Source: Lytechinus pictus
Lineage: Eukaryota
NCBI RefSeq assembly: GCF_037042905.1
Contig: NC_087251.1
Span: 2,482,001-2,546,000, forward strand
Direction of reading: 5' to 3'
DNA length: 64,000 bases
Shown piece by piece: positions 54,022 to 64,000 of the stretch. The translations under genes and the position numbers were made by a program. Every line of letters starts with the position of its first letter. Positions within the stretch are counted from its first letter, which is position 1. The notes beneath the pieces are model-generated. The model had not been told where the DNA came from and made no database searches. It worked only from the letters and a program-made list of their open reading frames with translations.

Positions 54022-55485
54022 GTCAAATTTAGGAGTTTGCTTTCTTATTTCTGAACAGGTTTGTGACAGCAAAGGGCAAAAGGTGATGAACTGGCATAAT
54101 AAACCAAAAAACAAAACAAAATTGAACTGAAACAAAACGAGGCAAAAATTTAAAGCAAAAGTTACATGAATACATAGATTTCTCCAATGATATTTGCATA
54201 ACAAATAAGATAAACCTCAATGTTTGAACTAAGATTTCTTCAAAATAAAATCTTCCATTAATTATCCTTGGGTACATTCATGTATATCCTACGCACCTGT
54301 ATTGAATGATGGATATTATCCCGGTATAAACTATGATTGAAATAAGTAAGGTCTACACACTCTGTTTTCCTAGATTTTATTGGCTCACTTTGTAATTAAG
54401 AAACTTGACACATGTTTGTTATCTATTGGGTGCTAGCCAATATTTTCATTTAGTATCAAGCCTTTCCCAGAATTTTAATAAAATTCAAAATATATTAGGG
54501 AAGCGGGGGTAATAAAATATAACTTAGTCACATCACATTACCTTTTTAAAGGTCGGGTACAAATTTTGTAGCAAAATTAACATTTCCTTTAATTTTCTAA
54601 AGTTACTTATTACAATCCAGTGGCAAAATGAGCCGAAATTTTCAGAGGTTCAGACATGGAGTATGGGGAAACATTTCTAAAGAGCTTCAATCAAACTAAG
54701 TGAGCATTTCAATTTTTTAACATTTTTCATATAAAAGTCTAATTTTGTAAATGATGTGGACATAATAGTCAGAAAAGTAATATTATATCGTATTCCACAA
54801 TTTATCCTTTCCTTTTTTTATTTTCTTTTATTATATTTTTTCTTGGTTGTGTAACTTTAGGAAGTCCATGGCCCCCCCCCCCTTCCCCCCCCCCCCCCGT
54901 CTGTAAGTCAGTGTTACAAACTTTATTGAAATATATTTGTAGGATATTTGAACCCTACGACCAATTAACTGTTGACTGCTCCATGTGAGGCAGTTCAAAA
55001 GCTGTGTTCAGTCAATAAAACAAAATCTTGGAAGTTTCACATGAGTTTACCTTAGATTTACATGGCTTTCCAGAAAATTTGGTCATCTTTCATTTGGTTG
55101 ATATTTATACTGAGATAACCTTTACAACATATTTATGTTACCCCTTTAATATGTTGTAGTATACTTTAAGTGTTCTCCACTTTCTTCTTCCTTAGGCCTA
55201 TATTGAGGTATAAATTTTGATTGACTTCATTCCTTAGTAGTATAGTATCCTGGTTGCCTTGGTTTTCTGAGAACTAATAAAAAATAATAATTGTTCGATT
55301 ATCACAGAAGCTATGTTCACATGAAACAGTCAGAAATCTAAACTTTAACTCAAAGTTATTTACATTAATCAAATATTGTAGTTTAAGCCTCTCCTAAAGA
55401 TGTTTCTCTGACAGTTCTAACGTCCATTACGTCATACACTTTAATGTACTAAAACCGTTGTGGTATGGATGAAAATAAATTACAA

Positions 55486-55812
55486 TGGCCGTATTCTGAA
55501 GTCAGGTTTAACTTTTAAATTGCCCCTTAAGACCATCAATGGTCTTAATTCTGTTCTAAAATTATGGTAAGTAATATATTTCAAAATTCTGTTTACATTG
55601 CATGCTATTTCTGTTTACTTTGCTTTTTCCTAAATCTTTAATGGTAAAGACAGTTATCTTATTTATCCTTGCCAGACATTGAGGAATGATTTGGGAGTCA
55701 AATGAGCTAAATCATAGAATCCCTTCTGTTACAGATTTATGTCACAATTGGCTAACCATAGTTCAACTTTTAAACCAGAGTTTAAGTTAAACCCGACTTC
55801 AGAATACGGGCA
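55486..55812. mobile_element. MITE, possibly Harbinger-like
   Basis: TGGCCGTATTCTGAAGTCAGGTTTAACTT...AAGTTAAACCCGACTTCAGAATACGGGCA; TSD ambiguous. Confidence 0.8.
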
Positions 55813-56129
55813 AATGTGTTATAATGGATACATTTTGGGATCTTACACTAAAAATTAAGTTTGTTTAGGATCCTGAAGAAAATAATAAGTGCATTTTTTA
55901 AAATAAATTTAATGTTCATACCTGGAATGTGCTGAAAAATATCAGGATATATATGAGCAAAGGGCACTTTAAAAATTGCCTATAGAAGGAGCTTGATATT
56001 CAGAGAGGTAAAATTCATATTTTTATAATGAATAAAAATGAAAGAATGAATAAGTGAAATAAATAGATGAGAGAAAAATAAAATGTTAGGTGATTGAGCT
56101 TTAATGAAGCTTTCAACATTGGACTTGCG

Positions 56130-56686
56130 CCCGGGGGGGGGGGGGGCCACTTCCATTGAAGAGTGGATACCATGCGCGACCAAGGGGTCTTGAAAAGCAC
56201 CCTAAACACGTATTTTCCATAGTCTGAAACCCTACCCTTAACAAGTATTGGAAACAAAACGATACCATTGGCAAGTATTCCCTGAATTGCACCCATAAAC
56301 AAGTACAGCGATATTTCAATTGTTTTGTCACAGTCGTCAGTCGTCGGTTTTACCTTTACCTACATCATTGGGTATACAGCCCCACCTCCCACACCTCGTG
56401 CAAATCGTACTCTAAACACGTTGTGTTGACTGTTGGGGCAAAAAGTACATCCTTTATAAAACATTTTAGTCTTAATTTTTTATACCATCGCAAATTCGAC
56501 CCTAAACACGTAGCTTTCCTAGCGAAAAAAGATACCCTATTTTCATTATTTTAGCGTTGTTGACACCCTTATTACGTTACGTAGGAAACGTGCCCTATCT
56601 TGAAAAAGACATCCTTTTTACATGTTTTTTTGGTCTCGCATGGTATCCACTCGTCAATGTAAGTGGCCTCCCCCCCCCCCCCCGGG
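56130..56686. mobile_element. Non-autonomous DNA transposon with CCC-G(n)-CCACTT termini and 7-bp TSD
   Basis: ACTTGCG|CCCGGGG..GCCACTTCCATTGAAGAGTGGATACCATGCG ... CGCATGGTATCCACTCGTCAATGTAAGTGGCCTCCC..CGGG|ACTTGCG; internal repeated CTAAACACG motifs. Confidence 0.9.
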
Positions 56687-57355
56687 ACTTGCGCAACATA
56701 GTTTTGATGTTATAAATTATAGGCAAAAAATCTTTTATTGCTCATTAATTTGGCATATGAATTTTAGATGGTCTCCCTGGCATATGAGTTTAGAGGGATC
56801 AAGCTGGAAGTATTTTCATTCCATTACAAACATGTACTTTTATCCACAAATAAATGATAAGAAAAAAAGGTGGCATTGCTTTAGACAGCATCCACTGTGT
56901 GATGTTTTCAGCAGATTATCTCATTTGCCAGTGGGAAATACCATCATCATCCTCACAAAGCGCTTGGGAGCTTTAGAAAAACATTATGTCTATAATCTCA
57001 CGATATTTCAGAGGTTTTAATGATTTTTACTGGATTCCTTAGGTATTGTACTATCATGATATCAAAAACTAAATTCAATCACATACTTTACACCCTACAA
57101 ATACAGCCTTTATTACATGCTTATTTGAAATTGTTTCTTGCTTGTGAAGTCCTATTTGGATATTTTCATGAAAACTACTAATGTGCTGTAAACAATCAAG
57201 TTAATGTGCATATTATTAACATGATGGATATGAAACCATCCACCATTTATTATATCCTTATCACTGCACCTGGTAACCATGTTACACTAGGGTAGAGAGA
57301 GAGAGAGGAAGAAATGTACAAGTGTCTAAAACAGGCTGTTACACATGTACATTTT

Positions 57356-57720
57356 TACCGTGTTTACACTTAATCGGCATTTGAATCGGCTCGCGGTTCT
57401 GAACCGCGAGCCGATTCAGCATCGGCTTTTTCATAGCGTGTAAACGCGAGCAACTTGAATCGGCTCGCGGTTCAGAACCGGCAATTTGCACCCCCAAAGT
57501 AGTAGGTTCTGAACCGCGAGCCGATGCAGAATCGGCTTTTTTACTACGTGTAAACAGAAAGCCGATTCTGCACCGGCAATTTGTGCGCATTTCAATTACT
57601 TTACCATTGTGACGTAATTGTAAGCGCACTGATCCAGCGTTGTCTTTATTATGACGTATATTGTAGGTATGCGTATCATTTCAGGTTTTTGCATCGGCTC
57701 GCGGTTCTGAACCGCGAGCT
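57356..57720. mobile_element. Truncated palindrome-rich DNA element, possibly Harbinger-like
   Basis: Starts TACCGTGTTTACACT; repeated palindrome ATCGGCTCGCGGTTCWGAACCGCGAGC; CpG-rich; no matching right end. Confidence 0.65.
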
Positions 57721-57739
57721 GTAACAACGTGTAATAATT

Positions 57740-58359
57740 TGTCACAGCTGAGCGAGAGTCAAGAGCTAGCTTGCGTTGTATTTTGGTTTTAGTGCGACTT
57801 AAGCTGGCGCTATTCATTTAATTTAACCCCTCAAAGTCCCGTTTCGCGCCAGCTTATTTTTTCCTTTCCCGTTTGCTTTTCATAAGATACCATGTACACC
57901 GTGCACCACGCACGATAGAGACGGCACGAAGCCGTCAAACAACTGGAAAAAAATACAAATTTCTTTGTTTCTTGAACCTTCCTGTAATCCCGTATCCAAA
58001 ATTCATGCTAAGACATCGAATGCTAGACAAATTCTGAAAGTGATTGTGAGGTTGTGATGCAAGAAATGTGAAAGACACAGATCACAATTTGATAAGATGT
58101 ACTGGTACTAGTGGTACCGTATCGAAGTTTGAAATGTACATGTACAAGAAAGGCAGTGCTGTGTGTGTGTACACTGTGACTGTGAGGTGAGTGAGTGTGT
58201 AAATTGCCAATATTGGCGGGACCTTTCTTTCTTGCTAACATTTGTAGATGAATTGATCAAGAACAGCAGATTTCTGCATACTGGTAATCTCTTTGAATAC
58301 TTTGAAATCTTTAACTTAGTTTTTGTTTCTTCGTACCTCAAATATGCATGTAAATATGA

Positions 58360-58406
<47 letters not shown>

Positions 58407-58455
58407 TGGGGGTGCGGTTTATACACGGGTGCGGTTAATACACCGTTACTTACGG
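57740..58455. mobile_element. Right-hand part of a Tc2/pogo-like element
   Basis: Ends GGGTGCGGTTTATACACGGGTGCGGTTAATACAC...TACGG|TA, a CCGTA-type terminus with a subterminal direct repeat. Left boundary uncertain. Confidence 0.55.
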
Positions 58456-58457
58456 TA

Positions 58458-58591
58458 CACATATTTTTCCAGAGCCCAGAGCCAATTGGCACATATTTTT
58501 TTTTATTTATACATGTATACAAACACTTGGGTGGTCATTTTATTGGATTCTGTTTGAACTCATTTTGAGATCGTTACCACAACTGGTATCT
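58458..58591 (+). mobile_element. 3' fragment of the 33576-33974 MITE family
   Basis: GGTGGTCATTTTATTGGATTCTGT..GAACTCATTTTGA..CCACAACT..TATCT|TTAA aligns with about 33850-33978. Confidence 0.8.
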
Positions 58592-59473
58592 TTAAAGTTA
58601 GAGCGCCACGTTCATCTGAACGTGATAATTTTAGAGTATAACTGTAGCAAAATGCCATGTGAATGTATCATCTAAAAGGAAAGCGTGGGTGTTTAGGAGA
58701 GTTACCTCTCTCTCTTGATATTATCTGTTTATGTTTCCTGAATAGTAGGATGACGAATGACAGAAAGGAAGTAAAAGATTATATCTATACCCACCCCACT
58801 TCACCCTTACTCCCTTCATTACATAAAGAACAATGTTTTTATACTGACTGGAATTTTTGAGAATGAGGATGTGACAAAGCAGTTATAAACTTTCTCAATT
58901 TTGCCTTTTCTAAATCCTGACTTTCCTGAGGGAGAATAAATGTTATTCACCATTTTGGATTGAGTCATGAAAAGATGGCATATTAAAGGATAAAAATTGT
59001 CAAAATTTATTTAGACTTTACCATAATCACATCACATTCAACAAGGCAACAGATAACTTGTATTGGTTTTGTATATTAATAGATAAGTCAGGAAAAATAA
59101 GTTTTGCTTAGTATATCAACACATCTTTTTATGAATGTTTCTTCTCTAGCTTCGTGATAAATTGAATTTAAAAAAAATCAACTCAATGCAATTGACAAAA
59201 AAATGGTTTTTATTCTTGATCACACATGTTTCTTATACTATTGCATTAAAAAAACAGAGCCGCAGCAAAAATCTTCATGTAAACAAGTTTGTAGGCACTA
59301 TGTATAATTTCCAATCTTTTGATCATTTTAAATTCATAGAAAGTGGATGGATTTCAGGGCAATATTATCAATTCAGTTTCATGCTAGATATTATGAGAAC
59401 GCTTTTCTGCATAGTTATTTTATATGTTTAGAGGTGGATCAGTAAACATCTGTAATGTAAACAAAACATATAA

Positions 59474-60265
59474 GGGTGTGTTTATGCGCCACTTTTTACC
59501 CTAGAATCATGATCTGAATCATGATTCAAATCATGATTCTGCAGAATCTCGATTGTGTTTAGTCAAATGTGAAAATAAACTTCTTTCAAATCACAAACAT
59601 GAAACACAGAAAAAGGGGTGTTTGGAAAGACGTTTCTGTAGAATCAAGAATGAAAAAGGTTTTTTAAACGTAATCGTGATTTTAATCATGATTCTATGAC
59701 ATCACTGTGTCGGGCTACTTCCGGCTTGACTCTGCTGCGCTCAGTCTATGTACATAATTATGTATTCTCCATGCATTTCTTGTCACGTGCATTTATTTAA
59801 GTTCTGTGTTGGTCATCGCATCGTCCGCTGATTTTCATTTTCATTATTCGTGTTTTTTGTTAGTGCTTCAAATTCAAGTTCTTGTAAATTAACTAACTGA
59901 AAAGACGATGAGCTCAGTTGTTGTCGAGTTAACAGTGCCAATATTAAAATGGATCTACGCTGTAATTCACTTCCGAACACCATTTCCGATAGTCACCGAC
60001 AAGATGAATAGAAGTAAACAAAATGAGGTATAATAGATTGAATTCTAAAAGCAAAAGGTTGATTTTTCGAGAGCCGAAACACGCGCAAAAAAGTTGACCT
60101 ATACTTCCTGGGTCAAACTGCGCACTTGGATGCGCAAGCGATAGACCCGAATCCGAGGAGAAACAGCATTGGAATGAAAGTCGTCTGAATGCTGATTCTG
60201 TGGTAATGTGATTCATGTTTGTTTTTTAAATCATGATTCTGGCTTGAGGTCACATAAACGCAGCT
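59474..60265. mobile_element. PIF/Harbinger-like non-autonomous element
   Basis: TAA|GGGTGTGTTTATG...CATAAACGCAGCT|TAA; repeated palindromic AATCATGATT motifs near both ends. Confidence 0.82.
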
Positions 60266-61587
60266 TAAAAGTAATACAGACATAGAGTTGATGGTCAAGG
60301 ACACAATATTCTGGTTTTACACTCCTCATATTTTTATTTTGTCATGATCATTATTTTCTCGTGATTAATTTACCATAAGTATGATTACTTCCTATCTTTG
60401 TTATGTAGATGAAAGGCAAGGTTATTTGAATGATTGTTTTTTTTTCTCATTTGAATGTAATTAGTTATGCTGCTGAAGTGTAGACTATCAGCTAAGGTTC
60501 AATGAACTCCTGTGGGGGTTTCTTTACTTCCCCTCCTGTAAGACTTTAACTTTGATGAGCGAATGGCTTTTCTAATTATTAAATTGACCACAGTTATTAC
60601 GATGTGGTCACTTCAATCCTCAGGATATTGGTTGTTGGGCGTTTATTACCCTTTCAACCAACTTTCTTATTTGTCAATAAATATGACAATAATATTGTAA
60701 ATGTTTACACTCTAAATTCTATGGATTGTAAATCAAAAGTTAGGGTATAAAAAATGATAATCATTTGAGTAAAATATGATCAAACTGAAATTTGTTGGAT
60801 AATTTCCCATACAGAAAACATGTAATTTTTTTTTTTTTTTTTAAGTGGTGATGTGACATAATCTGCCAACTTTGTGCATATTCTTTCCCTAAAATTATGT
60901 TTAACTTTGATATTCTAAACTTCATTAATTTTCACATGATTTAATAAAATTTTCTGTGTTATGCTTGTTTCATTTTCCCCTATTGATCCAAATCATATAA
61001 CTTTCATCCTGTAGTAATACTAACTGCATTTATATCTATGTTTTAATAGACAACCATATATCATATATGAATGAGTGTATAAAAACAAGAAGAACAAGCG
61101 CCAGATCTGTAGAGTAGTTGCTGAAAGAATTCATATTTATCTGAAACAGGCCTTGGAAAAGACTTCATCAGCTTACACCTCATTTAATTGCTCTAAGAAT
61201 AAGAAAGAGGTTATTCAACTTGGGTCTTATCTTTCTTCAGTGTGTATTATCCAAATGCCCTTCATATTTTCAGGAATGATATTTGATTCATTAAATTCTA
61301 GGATTAAAATTTCTTCATAAAGAAGGAGTATAATCATGTACATTTGCAATTAAAGATATCACTGAGCTATTGAGAACTAGAAAACAGATGCTTGGCAAAT
61401 TTCCAAAGTTCAGCTGCATTATTTCAGTTTACTTGTGCTGGATTGTGAAATATAATTGTCACTCATGTCTTAATTGCTTATACAGCTAGTCATTAGTTTG
61501 AGATTTATTATATCATACTTAGGTTAATGTAATTGTGGTTAGTTGTTAGCAGGGGCATATCCAGGATTTCTGAATTTAGGACACAAA

Positions 61588-62059
61588 AGGTGGTTTCAAA
61601 CCGCCTCGATCATAAGAATCCCCGTTAAATTACGAGAACTTTTTTAGGTTAAAAAATACCCATTCATTATTCCTGCATTCACACCGCCCCGAAACATACC
61701 CTTCGGGATAAGTTCCTGAAGTTATGAGCATGCGCAGTATGGTCTGATAAGCAAGCGAGACGCGAGATTCAGAATCACTAGCTCAGCAGCCACCCACGGC
61801 GCCCGCGCCCACCTACACATTGGGCTAAAAGTTCCTGTAAATTGCTTTCACATTGCCAAAATACCTGCGACCTTGGAAAAAAATCCCCGCGAAAGTTCTC
61901 GTAATTTTGACAAGTACCTACTATTTAGTGGGTATTTTCTTTTGGGGAGATTACGCGTAATTTGCTTTCACATTACCTGGTATTTTCTGATCAGGGTAAA
62001 TTTCCCGATCAGAAAAAATATCTGGAACTGACGAACTTTGAGGCGGTCTGAAACCACCT
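61588..62059 (-). mobile_element. Harbinger-like MITE family B, copy 2, inverted
   Basis: AAA|AGGTGGTTTCAAACCGCCTCGA...GAGGCGGTCTGAAACCACCT|AAA; reverse complement of 32614-33100. Confidence 0.9.
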
Positions 62060-62767
62060 AAAGAGTGCCCCCTTCGGGATTTGCGCCCAGTTGTTATTAA
62101 AAGAGAAGCTAGTTTTAAAAAGAATTTTAACTAATGACTTTGCAGGTCTTTTTTATTCCCTTTCATGCTACTAGATTTTAGGTGTAGATTTGATCTTTTT
62201 TATTTGTTCTCTGTTTTATGTTGGTTAAAAATGGTTTAATGATTATGTTTCCTCCTGTTCTTTAATTGAGAATGGTATGAGCCAGATAGAATTACAATTT
62301 TTGAAGTCACTTGAATTTGATAGTTCTTTACACTCATAATGATGTTTCTTAGCTGTAGTTATGTCAGGGCTTCTGAAACTTCAATGAATTTCTTTGACCT
62401 ATAATAACACGAGAAGTTTGTAAGAATTACTATGGAAGAAAAGTAACATGAATGCTCCCTTGAAGAAAGTGTGTTTCGTGACTCATGTTGCATTTCTGGG
62501 TTTAACAATGCACCCAGAAAGACTCTACTTAATTGACCTTTAAAAACTATGCAAATAATCAACTCTAACCATTGGAATTGTGTTAGTGATTTAAGAGAGT
62601 ATGATTCATTGTAGGTTTCAGAAGGGTCTTATAAAGCAGATGTAAGGAAATGAAAAACTTATTTGGCAGTAAGCTTGCCAATTCTCATCTAGAAACCATT
62701 TCGCTTGAATGTCTTTTCCTTCTTACCACATCAAGTTCATATTAAAAGTTACTGACCAGCTGGTTTA

Positions 62768-63160
62768 ACTGAAATCTAATTTAGCTATGGCAGGCCATTC
62801 ATACCACTTTAAGGAGAGGGGTTGACAAAAATCCCATTTAGCTATAGCAGGCCATACATACCACTTTCATGAGAGGAGAGGACTGTCTCACTTAGCTATG
62901 GCAGGCCATTCATACCACTTTCACCAGAGGTATTGACTGAAATCTTGTTTAGCTATGACAAGCCATGCATACCACTTTCACCAGAGGGGCTGACTGAAAT
63001 CTTGTTTGGCTATGGCAGGCCATGCATACCACTTTCACCAGAGGGGTTGACTAAAATATTGTATAGTTTCGGCAGGCCATGCATACCATTTTCACTAGAG
63101 GGTTGACTGAAATTTCACTTAGCTATGGCAGGCCATGCATACCACTTTCACCAGAGGGGA
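62768..63160. repeat. Tandem array of seven units of about 57 bp
   Basis: Consensus TTAGCTATGGCAGGCCATGCATACCACTTTCACCAGAGGGGTTGACTGAAATCTTGT; units start at 62781, 62838, 62892, 62949, 63006, 63063 and 63119. Confidence 0.93.
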
Positions 63161-64000
63161 TGATGGTTTTGACTGAGTAATAGAGGTTTAAACTCATTGT
63201 AGTGATCTCGTGAGGCCTAAAAATGCCAAATTCTTTTGAACGCGCAATTCTTAAGAAAATCCATTTGGGTGAACTTTGAAGCTCTATAGCAAAAAAATCA
63301 AGCACATGGGTCCATGTTAATTTGCATATTCAGAATATTCAGTTGCTAAAGTACCTATGTGCAAAGTTTGGTGAAAATGACAAGGATTTAACTTTAACCG
63401 TGGAACATGGACCTCGCAACTCTCTGTGTGAACTATCTGAACTTTACCTCAATGTCCAAAATAATTGTGAAGAAGTGTATAGAAACCTTGGATATTACAA
63501 TTAATTAAAAATACATTTGATCTTAGTTTTGTATGTGATATCTGATATGCTTGCCTCTCAAGAGGTATACTGACCAGATAAAGATCAGTAGTGATCTACT
63601 TTTATTCTTGATCAATCATAAATCCATATCATTCTAGACATACTCCCTAAATTTCATAGATCTAATGTGTCTAGTTGATCTCTGCATTTAGGTTTGAACT
63701 CCAAAAGAGTTTTTTCAAAGTTTAAAGATTATAAAGAGTTCCACTGATAACTTTATATGCACAGCGAAATATAGATTCATTTTGAATGTATTCATTAAAT
63801 AAAAGTAAGATTTAATGAGGTACTCAAAAGGGGAAGCAGGCCTATGTGCAAAACACTAAAATATTTGTTAAATTGTAAATATTGAGAAAATTGTCTCTAA
63901 ACATTTTGATAAGTGAGCGTGAACGCACCTTTCCTTATATGTGCCTGTGTGTTTATCTTCTACAATTAGTTGATAACAGACCGAAGAATTGACTCATGTT

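Noticed and set aside
60640..61020. Degenerate Kolobok-like remnant
   Set aside because: Only patchy similarity to the right arm of 30508-31097; ends and TSD cannot be defined.
62768..63160. CRISPR array or 19-aa repeat protein
   Set aside because: The linkers are homologous rather than unique spacers, the context is eukaryotic with no cas genes, and the best + frame has stops in units 1 and 2.

Overview
Eukaryotic (animal) DNA, AT-rich and mostly intronic or intergenic. The repeat content and frequent poly-G/C runs suggest a sea urchin (inference). The only supported protein-coding gene is the 3' part of RAD51B on the + strand: exons 10224-10329, 15402-15502, 16649-16727 and a terminal exon 39908-39987 after a 23-kb intron. 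Upstream exons were not found and are probably left of the window. The rest comprises two large minisatellites, a 57-bp tandem array, microsatellites, tRNA-derived SINEs and about 20 non-autonomous DNA-transposon copies (Kolobok-, Harbinger-, Tc1/mariner- and hAT-like, plus unclassified types with 7- and 8-bp TSDs). The long ORFs in the track are repeat artefacts. Most notable: 27-38 bp palindromes with CATG ends (two with perfect 7-bp TSDs) that look like excision footprints of a P/Galileo-type transposon, an excess of TAGGCCTA/TACATGTA motifs, and a triplication that captured a MITE end inside a minisatellite. No transposase, CRISPR array, rRNA or true tRNA was found. All family assignments come from reading the sequence and recall; no database search was run.
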